A stretch of DNA of 64,000 nt from a virus (lineage: Duplodnaviria > Caudoviricetes): positions 6,237 to 70,236 of the IMG/VR virus record IMGVR_UViG_2595698683_000001. One strand, 5' to 3'. A program made the translations under genes and the position numbers. This document shows positions 39,924-49,626 of the stretch, one piece after another. The notes beneath the pieces were generated by a model. The model searched no databases and was not told the origin of the DNA. It saw only the letters and a program-made list of their open reading frames with translations. Positions within the stretch are counted from its first letter, which is position 1. Each line of letters begins with the position of its first letter.

Positions 39924-39953
39924 AAACTAACCCGACTATTGCGGGTAAGTCAA
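39924..39953 (-). promoter_or_regulatory. Variant promoter cassette for the helicase operon (no leader hairpin)
   Basis: TTGACT-N18-TAGTTT; ACCCG-ACTATTG-CGGGT. Confidence 0.75.
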
Positions 39954-40124
39954 CTACCCGATGACTACCAGGTCACGCGGGTCTGCGCGGCGGGCACTCA
40001 TGGCCCAGCTCCAGATGACGGTAGCCATCTTGCGGGGCTGGCCAGGGTAGTGCTCGATGCGCAGCACCCTGCCGGACCAGCTGGGGTTCAGCCGGTGCGT
40101 GACCAGGGCGTTGTCGGGGATCAT
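39954..40124 (-). CDS. Hypothetical protein
   Basis: ATGA overlap with upstream gene. Confidence 0.5.
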   Translation of the reverse strand: MIPDNALVTHRLNPSWSGRVLRIEHYPGQPRKMATVIWSWAMSARRADPRDLVVIG

Positions 40125-40366
40125 TCGTACCGGCCGTCGTAGTCGATGGGGTACCGGCCGCTGTCGGTCTCGAACACGTCCACGTCGAGCAGCTGCTCCA
40201 CGTCGGACAGCTGGAGCTTGACTTCCACGGCGGTGCGGACGTTGCCCACGCTGGCCAGGGCCTGGCGCACCAGGTCGGTCAGCTTCTTCTCGGCCTCCTC
40301 CACCGTGGCGGCGTAGTTCGGAGGGATGTCGACGCCTGCGCTGATGCCAGCGCGGATGACGATCAC
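40121..40366 (-). CDS. Hypothetical protein
   Basis: GTGA overlap. Confidence 0.6.
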   Translation of the reverse strand: MIVIRAGISAGVDIPPNYAATVEEAEKKLTDLVRQALASVGNVRTAVEVKLQLSDVEQLLDVDVFETDSGRYPIDYDGRYE

Positions 40367-40767
40367 GGTGCAATCCAGCCGGGCTCGTCCCAGAGCGGCG
40401 TGTTCACCGCGCCCGGCGCATCACTGACCTCGTACTGCTCCACCCCATTGCTGCTGAACGGCACGAACCTGGCCGGGTAGAACGTGCAGCTGCTGTAGCC
40501 GTACCCGCCCCCGTAGCAGCTGCTGTAGGCGTTGATGGTGTGCGCCGGGGTGTAGAACTCCCGGTACCTGGTCCAGCTGCCGTCGGCCCGGCGCGGCGTG
40601 TCGCAGAGGTCGCGCTTGGTGCCCTTGCCCAGCCAGATGCCGCTGGTGGTGATGCAGTGCGTGCCCGGCGGCAGTACGTCAGCCTTGGCCTCCACCGTGA
40701 AGGCCCCGAACGCCACCACCAGCAGGGCGCTCAGGCTGACGACGGCCAGCGCTACCCGGCGCTTCAC
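40363..40767 (-). CDS. Secreted Cys-containing protein
   Basis: Signal peptide ending AKA-D; CD.P..ADGSWTR motif. Confidence 0.65.
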   Translation of the reverse strand: MKRRVALAVVSLSALLVVAFGAFTVEAKADVLPPGTHCITTSGIWLGKGTKRDLCDTPRRADGSWTRYREFYTPAHTINAYSSCYGGGYGYSSCTFYPARFVPFSSNGVEQYEVSDAPGAVNTPLWDEPGWIAP

Positions 40768-41225
40768 GATGCGACCTCGTTGGCCGCAGCCTGGAACACG
40801 TGGGCCAGCTTGGTGAGGCCCAGCAGCTTGAGCTCGTTGGCGCTCACCACGTCGCCCGTGGCGGCGTTCAGCACCTCCAGCAGGGCCTTCGTCTCGGTCA
40901 CCTGGGCCGGGGACAGCAGGTTGGCCGGGCGGGTGACCGCCTTGCGAATTTCGTAGTCCTGGGGTGCGGCGTAGAACACGTACTCCACGTCGCTGACGCC
41001 CAGGGCCTTGCGGGCGTCATGCGCGGTGGGCGCTGCCCCACCCTTGCGCAGCTGCTTGCTCAGCCAGTCACGCAGTGCGCCCAGCTGCTGCGGGCTCCAC
41101 TCGCCCCGGTGGTTGTCGCGGAAATCGCGAACCGCCTTGGCGTGCTCGACCTGCGCCTTCTCGTGGTTGGCCAGGGCGGTCTTTGCCGTCTTGACCAGGG
41201 CGGCGCGATTGAACGAAACGGCCAT
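40764..41225 (-). CDS. Hypothetical protein
   Basis: GAAGGAG RBS plus CACAACCAC motif. Confidence 0.7.
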   Translation of the reverse strand: MAVSFNRAALVKTAKTALANHEKAQVEHAKAVRDFRDNHRGEWSPQQLGALRDWLSKQLRKGGAAPTAHDARKALGVSDVEYVFYAAPQDYEIRKAVTRPANLLSPAQVTETKALLEVLNAATGDVVSANELKLLGLTKLAHVFQAAANEVAS

Positions 41226-41262
41226 GATGTTGGTTCTCCTTCGTGGTTGTGTGTACTGCGGG

Positions 41263-44043
41263 TTAGTCCTGGTCGTTGACTTCGGCAGCGGCCAGGTTGC
41301 GGGCCTGCTCGGCGGTGTTCACGCTCGGGATGTAGCGCGCCCCCGAAGGGGTGCCGGTCAGGGTCTCGATCAGCGAGTACCGAAGGCCCTTGTCGACGGC
41401 TTCGGCAATGCGCTGCTTCCAGTAGACGGGCGTGTCGGCCCGGCTCATGGCGTAGGCGTCCGGCCGCACGGCCAGGACAATCTCGGTGCGCGTAGCACCC
41501 TGCTGCGTGAGCCGGTCCACGAACTGGCGAATGCGGATCGCGGTCTCAACGATGGGCTCGGGCAGCGCGCGGGCCAGCACGACCTCGCCCTGCATCGGGT
41601 CGACGTTGCCGTTCGGGCCGGTGATCAGCGGTGCCGACACGTCCTGCGGCAACGGATGATTGATCATCAGCAGCGGGATGGGGTTCTCCAGCTGCTCGGC
41701 GTTCTTCTGCTTGCTGGTGGTGATCTCGATGCACTTGCCCGGCAGCCGTCCGTTCTCGTCGGCAATCTGGGTCACATCCCAGGTGGCCATGCGCACCAGC
41801 AGCTCACTGTCCAGCGCACCGTTCAGGGCACTGCTGCCGCGTGCGGTGTCGGGGCTGCCCTTGGCGGTGTGGTGCACCACGCAGACGCCCGCGTTGGTCA
41901 GCTCGCGCAACTTGTCGAACCGGCGCACCGCCTTGCCCACGTCGGTCGCGCTGTTCTCCTCCAGCCCGGCCGACATACGGGCGAACGTGTCGAACACCAC
42001 CAGGCCGATGCCCTGCCGCACGATGTAGGCGGCAATCTCGCCCCAGGCTTCGTTCTGGGCGCTCACCAGGATGATGCCGTTGCCCAGCAGCAGGTCGTCG
42101 GCCAGGTCCACGTCGTGGGCGTCCTCCCACGCCTTGAGGCGCTGCACGGCACCGCTCAGGCCCTCACCGGGCAGGTACAGCACGCGCGTCTTGCGGGTCG
42201 TGCGCCCCTGCCAGCTCTTGCCGGTGGCGATGTGGCAGAGCATGTCCAGCACAACGGTCGACTTGCCGACGCCGGGCGGGCCGATCACGCTGCTGAGCCC
42301 ACCGTGCTCGATCAGCCCGTCGATGATGTACTCCGGCGGCGGCATGTCCCGCCAGTGGCTGAACGGCGCGATGCGCGGCACCCCGCTGTGCGTGGAGTCG
42401 AACACGTCGGGGTCGGGGTCGTCCACCTCGTCGGCGTAGGGGCTGTCGTCGGCCTTGCCGAAATCGGCGGGCAGGTCGGACAGGTCGGCGGCGTAGTCCG
42501 ACCTGGGGCTTTCCTCGGTGGCGGCGCTGGCTGAGCTGGCGATGTCCTCGGGCGTGGCGGTGGCCAGGTGCGCGCCCACCACTTCGTCATGCAGGTGCCA
42601 CAGCTCGCCGTCCTCGTCGTGGGCGAACTGCCCCTCGGTGGTGTCGCAGGCCCGGCAATACGCCTTGACCACCTCGGGGTCGTAGCCCGCCTCGGCTTCG
42701 TCGGCCAGGGCGTCGGTGTCCGGCAGATCGAACTCCCCGTCGCCGTTCATCTTGTGCTCGCGGTCGATGCCCTTGGGGTCCAGGCCCGGCTCCACCGACA
42801 GGTCCGGCGTCACGTCCATGTCGTCCATGGCCTTGCCGACGTTGCCGCCGTAGTTGATCAGCGCCACCGCCTGGAGCTTGCTGATGGTGCTGGTGCCCTT
42901 CTCGGCAACCCACTGGTCGAACGGCTCGGCAGGGTTATCGGTCCAGATGTGCAGCGGCGCGTTCGTCTCGGTGTACCGGCCAGCGGTGCAGCCGGTGTCG
43001 TGCGCGGTGGCGCTCTTGGGGCTGGCGTGCACGCCCGGCGCGGTCCACACGGCGCAGCCGCAGCTGTCGGCGCGCGGGGCCGGGGTCCAGCCCAGCGGCT
43101 CCAGGATGCTGGCCCAGCTCACGGTCTCGGCCCAGCGGTCGATATGCGTTGCCAGTTCGGGGTTCTCGGCGGTGTCACCGGCGCTGGCTTCTGCGCGCTG
43201 TACGCGGCGCTCACCGGCCTTCAAAATCTCGCTGGCAAGCCACTCGGGCAGGTCGTACACGTGGCCCAGCTGTTCGTAGCTGCCCTCGGGCCGGGTGCTC
43301 GGCGGGATCAGCACGTAGCGGCGGTCCCACAACACGGCGAACCCATGGTCACCGCCCCAGGTCATCGCGCCCAGGTGCCGGGGCAGTACCGGCAAGTACT
43401 TGTCCGGCACGGTGAACCAGAAGTGCCCACCGTCGGAGTGCGCCCAGGTGTCGGGGTCGTTGGGGTCGGCGTTGGCACCGATCTGGCCAGGCGTGAGGAT
43501 GGTCGGGGCCGGGCGCTGGTCCTCGGGAATCTCCGCGACCTCGAACCACCTGTCCACCTGGGCGGTGGTGTCGCAGTCGATGACGACCACACCGGACCCG
43601 CCCACCTCCACCGCCAGGTTGACGGCGGCGGGCTTGGCCATGGCGATCTGGCCCGAGTCCTCGGCCTTCTTGGACCAGTCGGCCTCGTTGCCCCAGGTGC
43701 CGTCGGGCAGCACTTCCACCCACGTGCTGAACAGCTGGATGTACCGCTTGAGGTACCGCTCCAGCGTGGCCTTGTCATCGGTGGCCAGCGCCAGCCCGGC
43801 CGCGCTCTTGACGGTCTGCCAGTCGCGCCGCCCGGCAGCCTGGGCAGCCTCCTGGGCCAGCCGGTCGTCCTTCTTGCGGGCCTGCACGGTGCGCAGGTCA
43901 GCGGGCACCTTGCTGTCGGGGTAGATGAACAGCAGGTGCAGACCGAGGTCGGCAGCCTGCCGGATGAACGCGCGCACGGCTTCGTGGTCGGTGTTGTCGA
44001 CACCGGAGCCAAGCACTGCCTCCAGCGGTTTGGAACCAAGCAT
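41263..44043 (-). CDS. Primase-polymerase/AAA helicase fusion
   Basis: VVIDCD, GGHFWF and YVLIPPS (Prim-Pol); GPPGVGKS, LVVFDT and VHHT.K...RGSSAL (RepA/AAA_25-like). Confidence 0.88.
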   Translation of the reverse strand: MLGSKPLEAVLGSGVDNTDHEAVRAFIRQAADLGLHLLFIYPDSKVPADLRTVQARKKDDRLAQEAAQAAGRRDWQTVKSAAGLALATDDKATLERYLKRYIQLFSTWVEVLPDGTWGNEADWSKKAEDSGQIAMAKPAAVNLAVEVGGSGVVVIDCDTTAQVDRWFEVAEIPEDQRPAPTILTPGQIGANADPNDPDTWAHSDGGHFWFTVPDKYLPVLPRHLGAMTWGGDHGFAVLWDRRYVLIPPSTRPEGSYEQLGHVYDLPEWLASEILKAGERRVQRAEASAGDTAENPELATHIDRWAETVSWASILEPLGWTPAPRADSCGCAVWTAPGVHASPKSATAHDTGCTAGRYTETNAPLHIWTDNPAEPFDQWVAEKGTSTISKLQAVALINYGGNVGKAMDDMDVTPDLSVEPGLDPKGIDREHKMNGDGEFDLPDTDALADEAEAGYDPEVVKAYCRACDTTEGQFAHDEDGELWHLHDEVVGAHLATATPEDIASSASAATEESPRSDYAADLSDLPADFGKADDSPYADEVDDPDPDVFDSTHSGVPRIAPFSHWRDMPPPEYIIDGLIEHGGLSSVIGPPGVGKSTVVLDMLCHIATGKSWQGRTTRKTRVLYLPGEGLSGAVQRLKAWEDAHDVDLADDLLLGNGIILVSAQNEAWGEIAAYIVRQGIGLVVFDTFARMSAGLEENSATDVGKAVRRFDKLRELTNAGVCVVHHTAKGSPDTARGSSALNGALDSELLVRMATWDVTQIADENGRLPGKCIEITTSKQKNAEQLENPIPLLMINHPLPQDVSAPLITGPNGNVDPMQGEVVLARALPEPIVETAIRIRQFVDRLTQQGATRTEIVLAVRPDAYAMSRADTPVYWKQRIAEAVDKGLRYSLIETLTGTPSGARYIPSVNTAEQARNLAAAEVNDQD

Positions 44044-44075
44044 GAACAGGGCCTTTCGTGGTTGTGGTTGTGCGG

Positions 44076-44753
44076 TTAGACGTAGCGGCCGGGCTTGCTG
44101 GCGATGCCGCCACCAAGTGCCAGGTAGCCCACCCCGTCGGTCCAGCTGTCGGCGTGGTTGGGCGTCTTGATCAGGCGGGCCACCTTCACCAGCGCCATGC
44201 AGAGCGCCACCTGCTCGGCGGTGACTTCGTGCCCAAACACCACCGCCCAGAGCGCGCCGGTCTCGGTAAAGTTCTGCTCGGCATCGCCGTAGACGGCGTT
44301 CCGGTCGTTGTTCACCAGATCGGCGGCGTGCTCGCAGATGTCCCGCGCCCGCGTCCCGGTGGTGGACAACTTGCCCGCAATGTCGGCCATGGCCTGGTCG
44401 CGGGCCTTGAGGCGCTGGGCCTTGGTGTCGGGGTCCAGCTCGCCGCGCAAGTCCAGGTACTGCTCGCGGGCCGACAGGCCGGTGAGCGGTGGGACGTCCA
44501 CCTGGATGGCCTCGCCCTGGTGGCAGTGGCAGCCCAGCGAGTGGCTGTCGTTGGGGCAGGCGGCGGTCAGGGGCTTGCCGTCGGCGTCGGGCATGGTGGG
44601 CTCCTCGGTCGTGGTTGTGGTGGTTGCGGTGCGGGCCAGCTTAGCGGCGGCAACCTCGCGCTCGAATGAGCCGCAGGTGCAGGCGATGCCGTCTGGACGC
44701 AGGAACTCGCAGCCAGGGGAATGCAGGATGTCGCGCCTGCGGTAGCCGCTCAT
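44076..44753 (-). CDS. DUF6378-type protein
   Basis: DR...YGD...NF...LW...CM..VKVARL...H.DSW.D..GY; alternative start 44594. Confidence 0.65.
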   Translation of the reverse strand: MSGYRRRDILHSPGCEFLRPDGIACTCGSFEREVAAAKLARTATTTTTTEEPTMPDADGKPLTAACPNDSHSLGCHCHQGEAIQVDVPPLTGLSAREQYLDLRGELDPDTKAQRLKARDQAMADIAGKLSTTGTRARDICEHAADLVNNDRNAVYGDAEQNFTETGALWAVVFGHEVTAEQVALCMALVKVARLIKTPNHADSWTDGVGYLALGGGIASKPGRYV

Positions 44754-46603
44754 ACCTTGGCCCAGGCTGAGCCCATGTCGGCGCGGTCGGTGCGCAGCAC
44801 CGGCACCCGCTCGGCCCAGGTGATCAGGAACTCCGGTGGCGTCAGCATGATCTGCTGCACCTCCTCGGCCACCTCGGTGTCCACGATCAGCTCGTCGTGC
44901 ATGGCCAGCTGGAGGTGGTCGCTGATGCCGCGCCGGTCCATCTCCACGATGCTGTTGGCCAGCACGTCGTAGGCGCTGCCCTGGATGGCGTAGTTCACGG
45001 ACTTGTATTCATAGCCGGGGTCCACCGGCAAAATGCGCCCGCCAGCGGTGACGACCCGGCCGTAGGTCTCGGCGACGTTCTGCACCTTGCGCATCCACCG
45101 CTCGCAGCCCTTCATCGCCTCGAACATCTGCCGCCTGATCTGCGCGGCCGACTCCTCGGTGTGACCGATCTGGCGCGCAAGCTTGGCGATGCCCAGCCCG
45201 TACATGGTGCCCAGAAGCACCACCTTGGCCACCGGCCGCTCGATACCGGCGCTGCGCTGGATGGGCTCGTACAGATCCTCCCCCGCCTCGAACGGTGCCA
45301 GGAACTCGTGGTCCTTGGCCATCAGCGCCATGGTCACGGGTTCGATCTGGCTCCAGTCGATACTGGTCAGGCCCTGCCCGTCGTCGCTGATGATGGCCCG
45401 CGCGTCGGCGGGGAACTGCTGGAGTTCGGGGCTGCCGTAGGCCATGCGGCCGGTGGCGCTGGCTCCCAACACGCCGACCTGCGGATGGCACCGGCCGGTC
45501 ACGCTGGCCTGCCGGTCGACCTTCTCCAGGTAGCCCATCACCTTCTCGATGGTGGCCAGCTTGCGCTGGGCTGCGGCCAGCGGATGGTCCAGCCCGTCGA
45601 GGTCGGCCTTGGTGGCGCGCAGCTTGCGGGTCGGGGTACGCGGCCAGTTGGCGGGCAGCTCGCCGCGCTCATGCAGGTACTCGACCAGCTTCGCGCCCTT
45701 GCCGCTGCCGCCCTCCAGCCCGTGCGCGGCCAGTTCGGCGATGGCCAGGTTACGGTCGATGTCCACCTGCTCGGCGTAGCGGTCCAGGTAGGCGCGGTCC
45801 ACCGCCAGGCCCGCCGCCGACCGGCGCAGCATCACGCGGTGGACGGTTTCCTGCGTCCACAGCAGCTGCTCGGCCTCACCCTCGGTGGTGGCTCCGTAGG
45901 TCTGGAACGGATGGTCGGTGGCCCAGTGCAGTGCCTTGGCGCGCATCAGCGGCTCGATGCGCAGCGTGGCCACCGTGTCGGCCATCGCGCCGTAGCGGTA
46001 CACCGGGCTCTCGATGTCCATGCCCTCGAAACCGGCCTGCTGCGTCTTGTAGCCCGCCGCCTTGAACGCGCGCTCCAGCCCGCCCTTGTCGTCGTCCAGG
46101 CCCAGGTGCCGCACGCTGAGCGCGGTCAGGTTCTTGGGCACCATCACGTCGGGCACGGCGAACCGGGCGATAACCAGGGTGTCCACGATCTTGCGCACGT
46201 CGGGCAGGTCCAGCAGCTGCGCATGATGCAGGATCGGCGCGTCGAACGGCGCATTGTGAAACACCAGGTGCCGGGCGTGTTCCACCATGTCGCGGACGAT
46301 GCTGTGGTCGGCACCGTTGCGCGCCGGGTCCAGGATCACGGTGTGCACCTGGCCAGTACCGGGCACCTCCCACGCGAACGTGACGCAGTTGATCGTGAAC
46401 GAGTTCAGGCCCGGCGTTTCGATGTCCATTGCCACCAGGTGCTCGCCCGGCTCGGTGCCGTAGATGAACTCGCCGCAGGCCAGCCGGGCGTTCTGGCCGG
46501 TGTGCATGGTGGCGTCCAGCACGGGGTCATACCAGCTGCGGCTGGGCACGCGGGGGATGGCGGTGGTGCCCAGCGCAGCGGCGTCGGCGGGGGTCAGCTT
46601 CAC
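44750..46603 (-). CDS. DNA polymerase I (family A) with 3'-5' exonuclease
   Basis: DIET, HNAPFD, TGRM...PELQQ, DWSQIE, K...LG.MYG, IQGSA, HDE. Confidence 0.92.
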   Translation of the reverse strand: MKLTPADAAALGTTAIPRVPSRSWYDPVLDATMHTGQNARLACGEFIYGTEPGEHLVAMDIETPGLNSFTINCVTFAWEVPGTGQVHTVILDPARNGADHSIVRDMVEHARHLVFHNAPFDAPILHHAQLLDLPDVRKIVDTLVIARFAVPDVMVPKNLTALSVRHLGLDDDKGGLERAFKAAGYKTQQAGFEGMDIESPVYRYGAMADTVATLRIEPLMRAKALHWATDHPFQTYGATTEGEAEQLLWTQETVHRVMLRRSAAGLAVDRAYLDRYAEQVDIDRNLAIAELAAHGLEGGSGKGAKLVEYLHERGELPANWPRTPTRKLRATKADLDGLDHPLAAAQRKLATIEKVMGYLEKVDRQASVTGRCHPQVGVLGASATGRMAYGSPELQQFPADARAIISDDGQGLTSIDWSQIEPVTMALMAKDHEFLAPFEAGEDLYEPIQRSAGIERPVAKVVLLGTMYGLGIAKLARQIGHTEESAAQIRRQMFEAMKGCERWMRKVQNVAETYGRVVTAGGRILPVDPGYEYKSVNYAIQGSAYDVLANSIVEMDRRGISDHLQLAMHDELIVDTEVAEEVQQIMLTPPEFLITWAERVPVLRTDRADMGSAWAKV

Positions 46604-47202
46604 GGTGCCACCCTGTTCCACGCGGTGGCCAGGGCCTCGCGCAGCTCGTCGGCGGTGCAGTCGTCGGCCAGGGCCTGAACCGCCTCGCTGATGGACTCGT
46701 CCATTTCGGCGAACAGATCCTTCCGACCCTGCTCAATGGCGTCGTTGACCTTGGTTTCCACCTCGTCGTCGGGGGTCATCGTTTCGTTGTCGATGTCCTC
46801 CTGGTGGGCGCACCCGTCGGCATGGCCCTCGTCGTACTTGGCTGCCAGCTGGTCGTCGGTGACGGCAGGCCCCGCCATGCTGCCCGCGCTGCCCGGCGGG
46901 CAGGTGTACTGGCCGGTTTCGGTGTGGATCCATCCCCGGTCAGGCCCGTTGGTGGTGTGCACTGGATGGCTGCACTCGGGGCACGCGCCCCGGTCTGTCA
47001 GGTACTCGGTGGCAATGTCCAATGGGCTGGGCCAGTCGGGCGGCGGCGGGGCCTGGGCCTCCAGCATGTCGGCCGCGTTGCGCAGGCGCTTGAGCATGGC
47101 CTGGCTGACGTTGCCGGTGATGTCCACCCCGCCGGTCTCCAGCACCAGGATGGTGGTGCGCACCTGGGCGGCGGTCACGGCGGTCTCCAGTTCGATGGTC
47201 AC
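46600..47202 (-). CDS. Hypothetical protein
   Basis: Coupled overlaps; CPEC.H motif. Confidence 0.65.
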   Translation of the reverse strand: MTIELETAVTAAQVRTTILVLETGGVDITGNVSQAMLKRLRNAADMLEAQAPPPPDWPSPLDIATEYLTDRGACPECSHPVHTTNGPDRGWIHTETGQYTCPPGSAGSMAGPAVTDDQLAAKYDEGHADGCAHQEDIDNETMTPDDEVETKVNDAIEQGRKDLFAEMDESISEAVQALADDCTADELREALATAWNRVAP

Positions 47203-47804
47203 CAGGCCACCCTTTCGATTGCGTAGTTCAGGGCCTCACGGGTGACGCCCAGGTTTGACCAGCCGCGCAGCACGTCGGCCAGCTCGCCCAGCGACGGAGC
47301 CTGCTCCAGCTCGGGCTTATCGTCAGGATCAACGGCGTCGGGCTCGGGGTCCAGGTATGCCTCGAACGCGCGGGCAGTGTCGATGATGGCACCATCGCGG
47401 TCGCGAATGGCGCTCATGCCTGCCCAGGCGCGGCTGGCGCACTCCAGGGCCTTCTCGCGTGCCCAGGTGCCGCCATGGGTGCAGCTGGACAGCGTTTCGC
47501 TGAGCATGGGCAGCTCCGCGCCCAGGTACTGGTCGTGGTGGTATTCGCCGACGCGCACCACCTGGCAGGGGAACGTGACCCCGGCCTGGGCAATGGACAT
47601 GGGATCCCAGCCGCCGGGGCTGATCCACACATCCACCTGCGGCAGGCCCGACTCCGTGGTGACCTCGCGGCGCACGAACGCCACCGCCTCGCTGGTGCGG
47701 TCGCCCGCAATGCGCAGCCAGCTGATGATGCTGCCGTCGGGCAGGGTGCGCAGGTGGGGCTCGTCGCGGATGTAGGCGTCCTCGGCCCAGGGTGCGGAGG
47801 TCAT
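47199..47804 (-). CDS. Hypothetical protein
   Basis: Coupled overlaps at both ends. Confidence 0.65.
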   Translation of the reverse strand: MTSAPWAEDAYIRDEPHLRTLPDGSIISWLRIAGDRTSEAVAFVRREVTTESGLPQVDVWISPGGWDPMSIAQAGVTFPCQVVRVGEYHHDQYLGAELPMLSETLSSCTHGGTWAREKALECASRAWAGMSAIRDRDGAIIDTARAFEAYLDPEPDAVDPDDKPELEQAPSLGELADVLRGWSNLGVTREALNYAIERVAW

Positions 47805-48241
47805 TCGTGGTCACCGCCGTTGGCGGCGACACCGGCCACCGCGCGCTCGTAGGCGGTGAGGGCTGCGGCCACCGGGCCGGGGAGGTCGGCCTTGTCCACC
47901 GGGGAGCGGTACTCGCGCCACTCCCGTTTGCGCGTGATCTTGTCGCTGACGCCGCCGCTCTTGAGGCGCTGCGGGCCGGACAGCACCACACTGCGCAGCT
48001 CGCCGTCGTTCCACCGGGCGATCAGGAACTCCGGCTGGAACGACGTGGTGCGGCTGTACTCGGCCAGCATGTCGGTCACGCTGCCGGGCTTCACGCCGAA
48101 GTGGGCGATGTGCTCCACGGTGGTGTCGTCGTCCTTGGCCGGGTACCGGCGCACCTGCTTGGTCGTGACGCTGGACAGCCAGTCAATGTCGTCGGTGCCG
48201 GTTACCGGCCCTTCGATGAAGCCGATGGTGGCGTCGGGCAT
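47801..48241 (-). CDS. Hypothetical protein
   Basis: GAAGGAG RBS plus CACAACCAC motif. Confidence 0.65.
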   Translation of the reverse strand: MPDATIGFIEGPVTGTDDIDWLSSVTTKQVRRYPAKDDDTTVEHIAHFGVKPGSVTDMLAEYSRTTSFQPEFLIARWNDGELRSVVLSGPQRLKSGGVSDKITRKREWREYRSPVDKADLPGPVAAALTAYERAVAGVAANGGDHE

Positions 48242-48273
48242 GGTGATTCTCCTTCGTGGTTGTGGTGCGGTGG

Positions 48274-48582
48274 TCAAACCTGGCTGTCGTACAGCGCCAG
48301 GGTGGGAACGTCGTTGTACTGGTCGGTGGGGCGCAGCGTGACCGGCTGGTCGGGGAACAGCGTGGCCTCCACCTCGGCACCGTAGCCGTAGACCACGTGG
48401 GTCTCGCTGCCGTTGTGGCTGAGCTGGCGCAGCTCCCCGGTGATCACCGTGGAGGTCTCGCGCTGGCTGTCCCACTGGCGGAAGCGGATGGTCTGGCCGA
48501 TGTCCTGGCCGGACAGCTCGGCGGCGGTAATGATCGTGTTGCGCTTGAACCGGCTCTCCGGCTGCACCTCGTTGGTGCTCAC
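48274..48582 (-). CDS. Hypothetical protein
   Basis: GTGA overlap. Confidence 0.6.
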   Translation of the reverse strand: MSTNEVQPESRFKRNTIITAAELSGQDIGQTIRFRQWDSQRETSTVITGELRQLSHNGSETHVVYGYGAEVEATLFPDQPVTLRPTDQYNDVPTLALYDSQV

Positions 48583-48848
48583 CGCGCGGCCACCGTGACC
48601 GCGTACACCGGCAGGCCGAAGTCCATGGGCGGGGCCTGGCCGGGTCCGCAGATGCGGTTGCCCATGGTGGTGCAGTCCCAGCACGGCTCGTCCTCCTCGC
48701 ACTGCGCAGCAACCTTGGTCGACTGCACGGTGACGGGTGCGGCGTCCTTGGGCGCGGCCACGGCCATCCCCAGGGGCAGGCCCGCCGCCAGGCCGATGAA
48801 CACGCCTGCGGCGAAGCACACCGCACGGTCTGCGTTGGATGTGGGCAT
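48579..48848 (-). CDS. Small membrane/secreted protein
   Basis: TM segment then CEEDEPCWDCTTMGNRICG; GGAGG RBS. Confidence 0.7.
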   Translation of the reverse strand: MPTSNADRAVCFAAGVFIGLAAGLPLGMAVAAPKDAAPVTVQSTKVAAQCEEDEPCWDCTTMGNRICGPGQAPPMDFGLPVYAVTVAAR

Positions 48849-48874
48849 TGTGGTTGTCCTCCCAGGTAAACCGG

Positions 48875-48933
48875 GGCGGGGCGGTCCCGCCGTGGTAATG
48901 AAGGTTATAGCTTATTGATCACGCCGCTCGCAA
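48875..48933 (-). promoter_or_regulatory. Promoter with the shared leader hairpin but a different spacer
   Basis: TTGCGA-N18-TATAAC; hairpin 48875-48891 identical to cassette copies. Confidence 0.6.
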
Positions 48934-48965
48934 CCACTTGCCCGACATTGGCAGGGTATCTGCTG

Positions 48966-49253
48966 CTAACGAGGTCTGCGGCCGGTTTGCGACCACTGCT
49001 GGCCGCGCTGCATCTGGTACAGCAGCGACACCGCCCGGCCCACCTCCGGCGGCAGCGTGACCATCAGTTCGTCCCAGGCACCGCGCTTGCGCAGCTCGTC
49101 GCACAGCGCCACGAACGGGCCGAAGTGGTCGGCGTCCACGCGCTGGGTCACGACGTACCCGAGGGCGAAGCACAGCGCCGTGGTGGGGGTCATGTACAGC
49201 GGGGTGCCGTCGGCGTAACGGGGCACCTGGGGCACGGGGAGGTTGTGGGTCAC
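48966..49253 (-). CDS. Hypothetical protein (probably leaderless)
   Basis: TAGTCT 6 nt before GTG. Confidence 0.55.
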   Translation of the reverse strand: MTHNLPVPQVPRYADGTPLYMTPTTALCFALGYVVTQRVDADHFGPFVALCDELRKRGAWDELMVTLPPEVGRAVSLLYQMQRGQQWSQTGRRPR

Positions 49254-49259
49254 CGCCCC

Positions 49260-49288
49260 AGACTAGCCCGCCCTTGTCGGGTATCACA
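49260..49288 (-). promoter_or_regulatory. Degenerate promoter/operator copy
   Basis: GACTAGCCCG-CCCTTGT-CGGGTA on +; -10 TAGTCT on -. Confidence 0.6.
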
Positions 49289-49626
49289 GCCCCTCGCGTG
49301 CGCGCGCGTACACGCACGTGCGCGCGGGCGCGTCAGCGTACCGGATCGCACCCCATTTTGTCAAATTGGAGGGCAACTACTTGCCACGGACTTGACTACC
49401 CCGTTAGGCTGCGGCCGAGGGCAGCGCAGCACTACGGGGATAGTCCAGCCCCTACGGCCACGAAAATCAGATTCATCATCCTACTTCTGAGTAGGGTCAC
49501 GTCCGGCTCCGCGTCCAGGGCGCAGCCACGGGGCACACCCCGCCCTCACTCTGCTGGGCGGGCTGCCCCTGGCCTCGCCGGTGACCATCTAGCGCAGCAG
49601 GTCAATTTAGGGTTAGTGTGAAACCT

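Noticed and set aside
48936-48960. Extra operator copy (CCCGACATTGGCAGGGT)
   Set aside because: Right arm and spacing deviate from CCCG-N7-CGGG; too degenerate to count.
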